64,000 bases of DNA from Anaeromyxobacter sp. (GTDB taxonomy: Bacteria; Myxococcota; Myxococcia; Myxococcales; Anaeromyxobacteraceae): NCBI GenBank assembly GCA_049840735.1, contig JASGJN010000021.1, positions 256,001 through 320,000 of the forward strand, given 5' to 3'. Below the pieces are notes generated by a model. That model was given only the letters and a program-made list of their open reading frames with translations, was not told the origin of the DNA and ran no database searches. Shown here piece after piece: positions 34,392-44,548 of this stretch (the stretch's first letter is position 1; each line of letters starts with the position of its first letter). The translations under genes were made by a program, and so were the position numbers.

Positions 34392-35384
34392 TTAGGCCGT
34401 CCAGCGCCACAGCCCGGCCGCCATGGCCAGGCCGCCGCCCGACGCCACCAGCATCACCAGGTCGCCGGCCTTCGCCTTCCCGGCCGCGAGGGCGTCGTCG
34501 AGCGTCATGGGGATGCAGCCGGAGCCGGTGTAGCCCCAGCGGTCCATGGTCCAGTGGGTCCGCGACATGGGCTGGCCCAGCGCGGCCATGGTGGCCTCGA
34601 TGGTGCGCAGGTTGAGCTGCGTGAACACCCACAGCGCCACGTCCTCGCGCCGGTGGCCGGCCCGGGCCAGCACCCCGTCGATGAGCGGCGGCCACCGCTC
34701 GGTGTTGAAGGTGGCCGGGAACTTGCGCACGAACCTCACCGCCGGCTTCCCGTTCGCGGCGGTCCACTCCGGCGTGGCCGGCTGGAGCGTGCCGCCGGCG
34801 TAGATGCCCAGCGCGTCGTGGTAGCCGCCGTGCGCCTCCAGCTTCGCGCCCAGGAAGCCGGGCCGGTCGCCCGCGCCCAGCACCACCGCCCCGGCGCCGT
34901 CGGCGAAGAGCGTGCAGGTCTTCTTGTCGCTCCAGTCGAGGTGGCGGGTCATGCCGTAGGCGCCCACCACCAGCACGCGCCGGTACTGGTCGTCGGCGGC
35001 GATGGTCTTGCTGGCCACGTCCAGGGCGGTGACGAAGCCGGCGCAGGCGCAGTTGAGGTCGTAGGTGCCGGCCCGCGCCGCGCCCAGCTTGTGCTGCACC
35101 ACCGAGGCGGTGGCCGGGCTGGGCTGGTCGGGCGTGTCGGTGGCCACCACGATCAGGTCCAGCTCGGCCGGCGTCACCTGGGCCCGCTCCAGCGCCTGGC
35201 GCGCGGCCGCCACCGCCAGGTCGCTGGTCACCTGATTGTCGGCCATCACGCGCCGCTCGCGGATGCCGACGTTCTCCTGCAGCCACTGGTCGACCGGCTC
35301 GCCCAGCCTGGCCTCCAGCTCGGCGTTGGTGATCACGCGCTCGGGCACGTACCGGCCGGTGGCCAGGATCTGGGCGTACCTCAC
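34392..35384 (-). CDS. 3-oxoacyl-ACP synthase III (FabH)-like enzyme with non-canonical active site
   Basis: GIRERR, NCACAG, LFADGAGA; HQAN is replaced by TQLN and GNT by GYT. Confidence 0.85.
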   Translation of the reverse strand: MRYAQILATGRYVPERVITNAELEARLGEPVDQWLQENVGIRERRVMADNQVTSDLAVAAARQALERAQVTPAELDLIVVATDTPDQPSPATASVVQHKLGAARAGTYDLNCACAGFVTALDVASKTIAADDQYRRVLVVGAYGMTRHLDWSDKKTCTLFADGAGAVVLGAGDRPGFLGAKLEAHGGYHDALGIYAGGTLQPATPEWTAANGKPAVRFVRKFPATFNTERWPPLIDGVLARAGHRREDVALWVFTQLNLRTIEATMAALGQPMSRTHWTMDRWGYTGSGCIPMTLDDALAAGKAKAGDLVMLVASGGGLAMAAGLWRWTA

Positions 35385-36031
35385 GGCTTCCTCCCGGGAC
35401 GGCGGGGGCGCGGCGAAGCGGCGGGGGCGCCGGCGTCGAGGGCCATGCCGTGGCGCACCAGCTCCAGCGCCGTCTCCAGCGCCTGGTCCAGGCCGCGGCC
35501 CCGGCCCCAGAGCACGTAGCGCATGCCCAGGAAGTCGGCGATGGCCATCAGGCAGTAGGCCAGCGCCTCGGGGTCGAGGGGGCGGACCTGCCCTGCGGCC
35601 TGGGCCAGCTGCAGGCCGCGGGCGTAGGGCTCGGCGAAGGAGCGGTAGTAGCGACGGAAGGTCTCCTCGTCCACGAACTCGGCCTGGCGCACCACCCGGT
35701 AGAGCAGCCGGTGGCGGGTGACGAAGGCGAAGAAGGCCTGGATGCCGGCCCGCTCCACCTCGAGCCGGTCGGTCAGGCCGTCGATGGCCTCTGCCAGCTC
35801 GCCGCGCAGGCGGGCGCCCAGCCCGTCCACCACCTCGACGAAGAGGGTCTTCTTGTCCTCGAAGTAGACGTAGAACGTGCCCAGCGCGACGCCCGCTTCC
35901 CGGGTGATGTCCGAGATGGAGGCGGCCTCGTAGCCCTTCTCCCCGAAGACGGTCTCGGCGGCCTCCACCAGCTTCTGGCGGGTGCGCTGCCCTCGACGGG
36001 TGGGCGGGGTAGAAGTTGAAGGTCGATTCAT
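35381..36031 (-). CDS. TetR/AcrR family transcriptional regulator
   Basis: N-terminal HTH (ASISDITREAGVALGTFYVYFEDK). Confidence 0.93.
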   Translation of the reverse strand: MNRPSTSTPPTRRGQRTRQKLVEAAETVFGEKGYEAASISDITREAGVALGTFYVYFEDKKTLFVEVVDGLGARLRGELAEAIDGLTDRLEVERAGIQAFFAFVTRHRLLYRVVRQAEFVDEETFRRYYRSFAEPYARGLQLAQAAGQVRPLDPEALAYCLMAIADFLGMRYVLWGRGRGLDQALETALELVRHGMALDAGAPAASPRPRRPGRKP

Positions 36032-36073
36032 GTTTCAGGTTCATGGGCTACGCTCCTCGAGCAGCGAAGTCAA
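36017..36073 (-). promoter_or_regulatory. Putative tetR promoter/operator
   Basis: Minus-strand TTGACT-N17-TAGCCC, followed by AT-rich TGAA repeats and the TGAA-N6-TTCA inverted repeat overlapping the start codon. Confidence 0.4.
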
Positions 36074-36175
36074 CGCGGGGAGCCCAACAGGGAGCGGGTC
36101 CGGGGGCGGGGGTTGGCTACCGTGCAGGGCGCAGCGCCCCGGCGACCCCGGGAAATCCCGTCGAGAGGAACGGAC

Positions 36176-36922
36176 ATGGAGCTTCGAGACCTGAAGGTGA
36201 TCGTGACCGGCGGCGCCCGGGGCATGGGGGCCCACTTCGCGACCCGGCTGCACGAGGCGGGGGCGCAGGTGGCGGTGGGCGACGTCAACGAGGCGCAGCT
36301 GGCGGAGCTGCCGGCGGGGATCCACCACCGCCGGCTGGACGTGACCAGTCCGGAGGACGCGAAGGCCTTCGTGGCCTGGGCGCAGCAGGCCATGGGCGGG
36401 CTCAACGGCCTCGTCAACAACGCCGGCATCCTGCGCGACGGGCTGCTGGTGAAGAAGGACCGGAACACCGGCGAGGTGATCACGCTCTCCGACGCGGACT
36501 GGGACGCGGTGCTGGCGGTCAACCTGACCGGCGCCACGCGCATGGTGCGCGAGGCGGTGGCGGCCATGGTCCGGGCCGGCGCGCGCCCGGGCGTGATCGT
36601 CAACATGTCCTCGGTGGCCCGCCACGGGAACCGCGGCCAGTCCAACTACGTCTCGGCCAAGGCGGCGCTGGCGGCCAACACCGTCACCTGGGCACGCGAG
36701 TTCGCGCCCTTCGGGATCCGCGTGGGCGCCATCGCGCCGGGCATGATTGAGACGCCCATGACGCAGGGGATGAACCAGAAGGCGCGCGACGCGCTGGTGA
36801 CCTCGGTGCCGGTGGGGCGCATCGGCCTGCCGGAGGACATCTGGAAGGCGGTCCGCTTCGTCTTCGAGTGCGACTACTTCGACGGCCGCTGCGTGGACGT
36901 GGACGGCGGGCTGGTGATGTAG
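36176..36922 (+). CDS. SDR oxidoreductase (FabG-like 3-oxoacyl reductase)
   Basis: TGGARGMG, NNAGILRD, YVSAK, VDGG. Confidence 0.92.
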   Translation: MELRDLKVIVTGGARGMGAHFATRLHEAGAQVAVGDVNEAQLAELPAGIHHRRLDVTSPEDAKAFVAWAQQAMGGLNGLVNNAGILRDGLLVKKDRNTGEVITLSDADWDAVLAVNLTGATRMVREAVAAMVRAGARPGVIVNMSSVARHGNRGQSNYVSAKAALAANTVTWAREFAPFGIRVGAIAPGMIETPMTQGMNQKARDALVTSVPVGRIGLPEDIWKAVRFVFECDYFDGRCVDVDGGLVM

Positions 36923-36968
36923 CGGCGGCTGAGCTGGCTGCGGTGCGTCGACCGGTCGCCCTGCGCCT

Positions 36969-37214
36969 GGGCTTCGACTCCGCGAGCCCAGCGGGCTCGC
37001 TACGCTCAGCCCGAACGGTCCGGGGACCGTTCGTCCTGAGGGCAGGGCCCGGGGCCACAGGAACCGTTCGTCCTGAGCGTAGCGCCCGCGGAGCGGGCGC
37101 GGAGTCGAAGGACAGGGATTTCCGCGGTCGTCCAGCGGTCCATCGTCGTGGTTCGACTCCGGGCCGGACGGAGGGCCGGCCGGCGCGAGCCGGCCCTGCG
37201 CTCATCACGGACGG
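36969..37214. repeat. REP cluster between convergent genes (2 full copies, 1 partial, 1 degenerate)
   Basis: Elements at 36969-37018, 37027-37040, 37064-37113 and ~37148-37214. Confidence 0.88.
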
Positions 37215-37237
37215 TGAGTGAAATCCGGCGCTGGAGG

Positions 37238-38370
37238 TCAGATTCTGCGCTGCGCCCGCCTCGGCCGGCGCCATCGCCGCCATCACCGCCCGGAGCGCCT
37301 CCACCTCGCCCTGGTCGGCGGCCAGGACGGTGGGGTGGAGGCCGCAGCGGGCCAGGTGGAAGGTGCGCAGCTCGCCGGCGGCGTCGCGCACCTGCGCCAC
37401 GACGGCGGCGGCGTGGTCCGGCTCGGTGGAGCCCGCCGCCCGCTCCAGCTCGACCCAGAGCGCGTGGCCGGGCGGGTGCGTCTGCAGCCAGGCGCGCATG
37501 CCGCCCTCGTACTCGGCCCGCTCGTCCGGCTCCAGGTACTCGCGCATCACGGTCTGGTAGGCCAGCACCAGCGCGCCGGGCTCCGCGGCCGAGAGCAGGT
37601 CCAGCCGCGCCGGGACGGCGCGCGCCGCCAGCGGCATCAGCACCGGGCCGTCCGGCCGCGGGCGGGCAGCCCGGAACGCCTCCAGCGCCGCCTCCAGCCG
37701 CTCGGCACGGGCGGCCTCGCCGGGCCAGACGCAGGCGCGGAGCCAGTCGGCGTCGGCCTCCAGGGTGGCGTCCAGCGGGGACGGATTCGAGCCCGAGCCG
37801 CGCCACCAGCCGGAGCCCGTGGGCCACCTCCACCGGTTCGCCGCTGGTGAAGGTCCAGGGGTTGGGCAGCGCGTCGGCAACCAGGTTCAGGCCGGCGCTG
37901 GCCCCCACGTCCACCAGCGCCAGCGGCCGCCGCCCGTCGCTGGCGCCGGCCAGCGCCGCCGGCCAGCGCCAGGCCACCGCGCGCGAGGTCTCGTTGGTCT
38001 GGACGCCGCGGTGCGCCAGCGCGTCGAAGACCCGCTCCCGCCGTCCGTCGAGCGCGGCCGCCAGCGCCTCGGCGGTGACCGCCCGCGCGTCGGGGTCGGG
38101 CGCCGCGAAGGCGCGCCAGAGCGGGTGGCCGGGCCCCTCGGCGCGGGCGTCGAGCCGGAGCGCGGCCAGCAGCAGCAGCGGGCGGTCGTAGGGCGCGAAG
38201 AAGCGGCGGTGCTCCCAGGCGGCGGCCAGGTAGCGGCCGGGCGCGCCGTCCAGCACCTCCGGCAGGAGCTCCAGCGCCCGGTCGTAGGGCGGGCAGCGCG
38301 CCGCCACGTAGGGCCGCTGCCAGGCCAGGTCCTCCGCCAGCCCCTCGATGCCCGTCCGCCCGTCCGCCAT
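37238..38370 (-). CDS. DUF2332 family protein; +1 frameshifts at 37784-37788 and 37241-37245
   Basis: VQTNE, DVGASAGLNL, LRACVWP motifs. Removing one A at each site gives GLDPSPLD and an in-frame stop at 37238. Confidence 0.8.
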
Positions 38371-38458
38371 GGCGCGCTCCTCCCCGTACGCGCCTGAATG
38401 TGCGGACGGCCGGTCAGCGCCGCCCGGCCTGGCGGGGTCCCCCTGGAGCGGCGTGCGT

Positions 38459-39697
38459 TCAGCCGGTGCGGGCCGCCGGGGCGCTGGCCTGGGCGCGCAC
38501 CTCCGCCAGCCGGCGCCTGCGGGCCGGTCCGGCCAGCAGGTGGCCGAGCGCGACCAGCACGCCCACGATCAGGCAGCCGAGCCAGAGAGTCGGCCCGCCG
38601 AAGCGCCCCAGCACCTCGCCGCCGATGATGGGCGAGAGCGTGAAGGCGACGCCCCAGGACATCGAGAACGCGCCCTGATAGCGGCCGCGCAGGTGCGCAG
38701 GGGCGAGGTCGGCCACCAGCGTCGAGGCGGCCGGGAACCCCACCACCTCGCCCACCGTCCAGAGCGCCATGCCCAGCGCGTACACGGCCAGGTGGCCCTG
38801 GATGGCGTTGAGCGCGAAGCCCAGCCCCACCAGCAGCGCGGAGACCGCCAAGAGCTTCACGCCGTCCTGGCCGGCCAGCCGCGGCGTGAGCAGCGGCTGC
38901 AGCACCACCACGCCCACGCCGTTGATGGCCAGCAGGAAGGCCCAGGCGCGCTCCGAGACGCCGTGCGCGGACAGGTCCACGGCGGCGGCCAGCTGGAACT
39001 GCGTGAAGATGATCAACATGGCCAGGTTGAGGAGCAGGAAGGCCAGGTACGGCCCGTCCCGCAGCACGCGGGCCAGCCCGGCCAGCGCCGGCTCGTGCAC
39101 CAGCCCGGCCGGGCGCGTCTCCGGCAGCCGCAGCGCGACCAGCGCCGCGAAGCCCAGCGTGGTGGCGGCGTCGGCGAAGAACAGCACCTGGAGCCCCCAG
39201 CCGGCCAGCAGCCCGGCCACGAAGAGCCCAAGCGCCCAGCCCAAGTTGACCGCCCAGTACACCAGGCCGAAGGCGCGCGCCCGGTCCGGCGGTGGCACCA
39301 CGTCGGCCACCGCGGCGTTCATGGCCGGCCGGTAGAGCTCGCCGGTGGCGCCGGCCAGGAAGGTCAGCAGCGCGAGCCACCCCGGCGCGTGGGCCAGCGC
39401 CAGCGCCGCCACGAAGAGCGCGCCCAGCACCAGCCCGGCCAGCATGGTGACGCGCCGGCCCACCCGGTCGGCCACCGCGCCGCCCACCGGTCCGGCCACC
39501 ACGATGCCCAGCCCGTAGAGCGCCACCACCCGCCCCGCCGCGGCCTCGGAGAACCCGCGCTCGCGCACCAGGTAGAGTGCGAGGAAGGTGATCACGAAGC
39601 CGGCGAGGCGGTTGACCAGCATGCCCCACCACAGCGTCCAGAAGACGCGCGGCAGGCCACCGGTGGCCTCGTCGAAGGTGCGGCGCAGCGGGAGCAC
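38459..39697 (-). CDS. MFS transporter (MdtH-like)
   Basis: GGAVADRVGRR motif A, about 12 TM segments, LRGRYQG. Confidence 0.88.
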   Translation of the reverse strand: MLPLRRTFDEATGGLPRVFWTLWWGMLVNRLAGFVITFLALYLVRERGFSEAAAGRVVALYGLGIVVAGPVGGAVADRVGRRVTMLAGLVLGALFVAALALAHAPGWLALLTFLAGATGELYRPAMNAAVADVVPPPDRARAFGLVYWAVNLGWALGLFVAGLLAGWGLQVLFFADAATTLGFAALVALRLPETRPAGLVHEPALAGLARVLRDGPYLAFLLLNLAMLIIFTQFQLAAAVDLSAHGVSERAWAFLLAINGVGVVVLQPLLTPRLAGQDGVKLLAVSALLVGLGFALNAIQGHLAVYALGMALWTVGEVVGFPAASTLVADLAPAHLRGRYQGAFSMSWGVAFTLSPIIGGEVLGRFGGPTLWLGCLIVGVLVALGHLLAGPARRRRLAEVRAQASAPAARTG

Positions 39698-39982
39698 GGC
39701 GACGGTGTAGCAGGCGGTGGCGGGTCGGCGCCAGGTGCGAGGGTGGGCGGACCCAGAAGCATCGACCTCGTCCCTGGGACGCCGAGCGCGCGTTGGCCTG
39801 GGGGTCTGTCCCTGGCCACCGCGTCATTCACTGACGGAGATGACAGGGGAGGACAACGCGCAATGCCGGTGCGCTGGTGGAACGCAGCGTGCGTGTCGGC
39901 CTCGCATGCTAGGTTGAGCACCGCCGCCGAACGCATTGGGTGGCGTTCATCGAAGCGAGACTCTCAACGGACGCCGCTGCGG

Positions 39983-40363
39983 ATGACGGTCATCTTCAGA
40001 GCGATGGATCGCGACACTGATGGTCTGCCCCGCGTCGGGGCAACCTTCAGAACCCTGGGCGCTCGTCCTGGAAAGGACATCCCGGTCGAGGAAGATGGGG
40101 CCGTGGAGCCGCATACTGGCGGCATGTCCGTGTTCGCTGACGACCCGATGGCACTCCCAAAGCCGCTTCGCCCCAGGTCGCTCGGAGGCGAGAGCCGAGA
40201 TACACTCTTCTGCATGGAGGCAACTGGACTGCCAGCCGACTTGGCGCTGCGTTGTCACCCCCCGGGGGGAGCCCACAACCTCGTGGAGCCGACGAAGCGA
40301 ACTCGCTTCGAGACGTACCAGGGAACCATCCACGGTACTCGGTCGAAGTGGAGGCAGCCATGA
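39983..40363 (+). CDS. Putative Tse2-like ADP-ribosyltransferase-fold toxin (126 aa)
   Basis: MTVIFRAM...GGMSVF...HNLVEP...YQGTI: Arg, Ser and His placed as in ART folds (recognised by eye, not searched); ATGA overlap with the next gene. Confidence 0.5.
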   Translation: MTVIFRAMDRDTDGLPRVGATFRTLGARPGKDIPVEEDGAVEPHTGGMSVFADDPMALPKPLRPRSLGGESRDTLFCMEATGLPADLALRCHPPGGAHNLVEPTKRTRFETYQGTIHGTRSKWRQP

Positions 40364-40629
40364 CGCCCCTGGAGAGTTACAGGAGCGACGAGCGGCTCCT
40401 CCTGCGAGTGCGTTGGTGTCATGCGGGCGGGCACTCACCGGAAGAGGACGAGATCCTCGAGCGGATGGCAGCGATCTGGTGGGAATTGTCAGACGAGGAA
40501 CGCGCTGGACTGAACAACGAAGAACCACGCTCCTTGATCCGAACAATCGCGGGCGTGGGTGCGCGAGCGCTTCACGACACCGACGTGTATGCGCGTCCCA
40601 ACGACGCGCCGCGCGCTGAGGTGGCCTGA
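40360..40629 (+). CDS. Small helical protein (89 aa), candidate antitoxin/partner
   Basis: GGAGG RBS, ATGA coupling, acidic helix EEDEILERMAAIWWELSDEER. Confidence 0.55.
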   Translation: MTPLESYRSDERLLLRVRWCHAGGHSPEEDEILERMAAIWWELSDEERAGLNNEEPRSLIRTIAGVGARALHDTDVYARPNDAPRAEVA

Positions 40630-41375
40630 TGTACCTGACGGCACATCGAGTGTTTTCGCGGGCGCGTGGGCGCCATGGCGTGAACGCCTTTCGATACGAG
40701 CACGGTGCCCAGCGAGTTGATGGGATTTCGTGGAACCATCCTGACCTCGACCTCATCGCGACCCAGCACCCGGGACAGTTGGTCGCAGATGACGTCGAGG
40801 TCGCTCCTGGAGGCAACGAGGTACTGAGTTACCTCGATGTGGCTGCGCGCGACGAAGTCTCGGACGACCAAGTCAGGGCGGCGCTCGAGGGATTCGCCTC
40901 CCAGGTTCGCGGCGCAAGTGCGTCGCACGAGACCGAGGACGGAATCGGGATCAGGTACTGGGCAAGCGCGGGTCTTGAGGGCCAGGAACGTGATGAGTTT
41001 CATGCGCTACGCGTCCGGGCCCTGGCGCTTCTCGGGCGCCGTGGGTCCGAGTGGCGGACACGTGAGCCGCTTCGCATTGTGGTGCGCTTGGGCGCCGAAG
41101 ATTTCACCGCCACACTCGACGCCGCCAGCGCAACTCGAGCTGAGCGCGCTCGCGGGCACCCGACGCCGCACGAGCGCGTGACCGTTTCGTGGGAGGCAGA
41201 ACTCGGAGTGGAAGCGCTCGTCCCCCATCTCACGCTCGAGTTGGCAGTGGTCCTGACCAGGCTCTCAGCTGACGTCCTCTTGTCCCTTGGCGGGGTTCGG
41301 TTCGTAGCCGAAGACGGGCGCACGTTGGGCGAATGGCCGGCACGCGGGTCCGATAACCAGGCCCAGCCCGCGTAG
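40629..41375 (+). CDS. Hypothetical protein (248 aa)
   Basis: TGATG coupling to the previous gene, GAGG RBS, protein-like composition. Confidence 0.65.
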   Translation: MYLTAHRVFSRARGRHGVNAFRYEHGAQRVDGISWNHPDLDLIATQHPGQLVADDVEVAPGGNEVLSYLDVAARDEVSDDQVRAALEGFASQVRGASASHETEDGIGIRYWASAGLEGQERDEFHALRVRALALLGRRGSEWRTREPLRIVVRLGAEDFTATLDAASATRAERARGHPTPHERVTVSWEAELGVEALVPHLTLELAVVLTRLSADVLLSLGGVRFVAEDGRTLGEWPARGSDNQAQPA

Positions 41376-41502
41376 GTGCGCTGACCGGGGACGACTGGTC
41401 CCTGGAGGAACGCCAGGGGGCACCCCACGGCCGCGCCGCAGACTGCTTCGCGCGGCGGACGGGCCCTGGACCCAGGCGCTGTCCGGCGGCGGGTGGCGGG
41501 CG

Positions 41503-42093
41503 CTACAGCTCGGTCTGCTTAGCCTCGCCCAACCCCTGGGCAGGCTTGATGGTCCGGGGCTCGCGCGCGCCGGCGTCGGGTGTGGGTGCAGCTGCGCAGG
41601 TCGCGGCCAGCTTCCTGGCCTCGGCCCGGGTGGTGCAGACCTTCATCTGCCCGCGCTCCCACTCGTCGAGCGTCTCGGCGTCCTCGTCGTCGTCCTCGTC
41701 CGGCGCGAACTGGAAATCCTCGGTCGGCTCGATGGTGAAGCCGAGCTCGCCGCAGGCCGCCTCGCGGTGCTGGTGGTCCAGGCAGTGGTTCGCGAGCCAG
41801 AGCGGCCCGTCGTGCGCCGTCACCGCCGGCTTGCCGGTCCGGCACCCGGTGACCAGCCAGGGCGCGTCGCCCAGCTTGTCCAACTGGGCGAAGTAGATGC
41901 GCCCCTTGTCCTCGTAGTGCCAGACCAGGCACTTCCAGGGCGGGACCCTCCGCCCGTCCTCGTCCTTGCCGCCGCCGCAGGTGAGGGCCTTGTGCTCGTC
42001 GGGGCGCCCGTGCTGCGCGCGCACCAGCTCGGCGGTGGGCGCCGAGACGTTGAAGCACGCCGCCAGGGCGATGGACGGGAGCAGCGCCAGCAT
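41503..42093 (-). CDS. Cys-rich hypothetical lipoprotein
   Basis: Short signal peptide with LAAC lipobox; 7 further Cys; GC-rich third codon positions. Confidence 0.6.
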   Translation of the reverse strand: MLALLPSIALAACFNVSAPTAELVRAQHGRPDEHKALTCGGGKDEDGRRVPPWKCLVWHYEDKGRIYFAQLDKLGDAPWLVTGCRTGKPAVTAHDGPLWLANHCLDHQHREAACGELGFTIEPTEDFQFAPDEDDDEDAETLDEWERGQMKVCTTRAEARKLAATCAAAPTPDAGAREPRTIKPAQGLGEAKQTEL

Positions 42094-42099
42094 GGACCC

Positions 42100-43567
42100 T
42101 CAGCCCTGCGTGTCGAGCCGCTTCCTCTCCAGCACCGCGTCGGCCGCCTGGGCGATCAGCTCCGGCCCCAGCGCCTTGTCCAGCACCGCGTCGGCGCCGG
42201 CCGCCTCCAGCCGCGGCTCGACGCCGTCCGCGAGGTGGCCGGTGACGGCGACGATGGCCAGGTCGGTCTCGCCCCCGGCCTTGCGGATCAGCCGGACCAG
42301 CTCCGCGCCGTCCATGCCCGGCATCACCACGTCGGTCACCAGCAGGTCGAGGGCCAGCAGCTCGTCGGCCAGCGTGCCCAGGCCGTCCTGCGCGTCCACC
42401 GCGGTCAGCACCTCGAAGCCGCGGTCCCGCAGCGCGTCGCCCAGCATCCGGCGCATCAGGTCGTCGTCGTCCACCACCAGGGCGCGGCGCGGCCGGGCCG
42501 AGATGTGGGCCATGGCGCTGGCCAGCGTGGCCTCGGCCTCGGCGTCGAGCTGGAAGCGCACGCCCATGCCGTTCCGGTTCACGAAGGCCACGGTGGCCTT
42601 GGCCCGGAGGTCGGCGCCGTTGGGGAGCCGCAGCTGCAGCTCCACCGGCGTGCCCACCGGCGGCGGCGTGGCGGAGCGCACGAAGGCGCCGCCCTGCGAG
42701 AGGTTCTCCACGAAGTCGGCCGCCAGCTCCTGGTCGGTGGCGTACTCGATCAGCGCGCGCGCCGGCCCGGGGCCGGCGGCGGCGGGCGCGGCGGGCTGGC
42801 CCGGGGTGACGATCTTCACCGGCGCGTTCACCGTGAAGCGCGGCGCGGCGCGGATCTCCTTGAAGTTCCCTTCGGCGATGGCGCGGGCGGTGAGGGCCTC
42901 GACCAGCCGCTCCGGCGGGTCGATCAGCTGCAGCGCGAAGCCGGCCGCCTGCCCCGGCCCGGCGGTGGCGGGGGTGCGCACCTCGGCCACCTGCGCCTGG
43001 ACCTCGAGCGGCCGCGGCTCGCCCGGCACGCGGACCACCAGCGGGACGGCGTCGCCCACCGGCGGCGCGATGGGCGCGGCCACGAAGAGCTGCTGCGAGT
43101 CGGCCGTCCAGCGCACGCCCTCCCAGCCCGGCCCGCCCACGTCCATGCCCATCACCAGGCCGCCGCGCGCGTCGCGGCGGCGGTCGGCGGCGGCGCCGGC
43201 GTCGGAGAAGAAGCGGGCGGTGCCGTCGAACAGCTGCGCCGCCGTCAGCCCCAGCTTCTCGTGGCCGGCGGCGGCCAGGTGGGCGTCGATTCTTCTGCCG
43301 GTCCTCGGGGGAGAGGCGCGCGACCTCCATGGCCCGGCCGCCGGAGCGGGCGGTCCAGAAGGCCAGCCGCTCGCGCTCGCCCGCCGAGACCCGCGGCGCC
43401 AGCCGGATGTTCACGCACAGGAACTTGGAGGAGGCGCGGAACTTCAGGTCGCAGTCCACGAACGCGCCCCCGACGAAGCGCGGGACCGCCAGGACCAGGC
43501 GCTCGGCGGCGTGGAGCCGCTCCCCGACCGCGCGGACGAAGATGCAGACGAACTCGACGTGGCTCAT
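42100..43567 (-). CDS. PilZ-like domains plus C-terminal receiver domain protein; +1 frameshift at 43288-43292
   Basis: RAAPRF, ENLSQGGAFV and GMGVRF PilZ-type motifs, then ALVVDDD/TDVVMP receiver. Confidence 0.8.
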
Positions 43568-43741
43568 GGACGTGCCCCTGCCTTCGGGCGGAGGGGGAGA
43601 CTGCAACGCCGGGGCCTGCCAACCGCCCAGCAGGACACCTGTTTCGTCCGAAGTGCGCCTACCCGGGGTTCCGTCATACCCGGTTCGCGGACCCGGAGCC
43701 AGGCCCGCCTGGTCCCGATGGGGGTGGGTCGGCTTCCGCGG

Positions 43742-44539
43742 TCAAGCCTGGGCCGAGGGCGCCGGCCCGCCCTCGGGTGCACCAGGGGCGGGGGCGTCGT
43801 CCTCCTGCCGCGGCAGCTCGCGCCGCCACGCGCTGGCCAGCTCCCCGACCTCGGTCGAGAGCGCCGCCTGGATCTCCAGCCGCTCGCCTCCCACCGCGCC
43901 CAGCGCGATCACCGGCGCGCCGGCCTCGCGGGCCAGCGCCTCGAACCGGGCCGTCTGGGCGGCCGGGAGCGACACCACCACCCGCCCGCGCTCCTCGGAG
44001 AAGAGCACCAGGTCCTTGCGCGCGGGGAAGGGGATCCGCAGCGCCGCGCCCAGCCCGGCGCGCGCGCCGCCGGCCGCCGGGAGCTCCTCCTCCAGGCAGC
44101 AGCGGGCCAGCGCCACCGCCAGCCCGCCCACGCCGCAGCGGCGCACCGACGACAGCAGCCCGGCCTCCAGCCCGTGCCGCACCGCCGCGTCCACCGCCTC
44201 GAGCCGCGCCGCGTCCACCGAAGGCGTGCCGGGCACCGCCAGGCCGTGCACCACGTGCAGATAGGCCGAGCCGCGCACGTCGCCCTGGATGGTCCCGAGC
44301 AGCAGCACCAGGTCGCCCGCGCGGCGGAAGCTGTCCGGCGCGTCCGGCAGCGGCACCTCGGCGCCGGCGCCCTCGGCCGCCTCCTCCTCCGCCGAGGCGT
44401 GCGCCAGCAGGCGCAGCAGCGCGCCCCGCAGGTCCTCCGTCTCCGGCACCTCCACCTGCAGCTGCGCTTCGTCCCTGCGCGCCAAGATCGCCTCCAGTCC
44501 TGCGGGGCCGTGCCCCTCCCCCTGCTCCGCAGGGGCCAC
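43742..44539 (-). CDS. Stand-alone PurL/AIR-synthase C-terminal-domain-like protein
   Basis: GDLVLLLG, GSAYL, GGLAVALA, LFSEERGRVVV; lacks the N-terminal PurL domains. Confidence 0.65.
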   Translation of the reverse strand: MAPAEQGEGHGPAGLEAILARRDEAQLQVEVPETEDLRGALLRLLAHASAEEEAAEGAGAEVPLPDAPDSFRRAGDLVLLLGTIQGDVRGSAYLHVVHGLAVPGTPSVDAARLEAVDAAVRHGLEAGLLSSVRRCGVGGLAVALARCCLEEELPAAGGARAGLGAALRIPFPARKDLVLFSEERGRVVVSLPAAQTARFEALAREAGAPVIALGAVGGERLEIQAALSTEVGELASAWRRELPRQEDDAPAPGAPEGGPAPSAQA

Positions 44540-44548
44540 ACTCCAGCC

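Noticed and set aside
39700..41500. IS or integrative element boundaries around the atypical islet
   Set aside because: No transposase or integrase, and only short chance-level matches (e.g. GGACCCAG) at the flanks.
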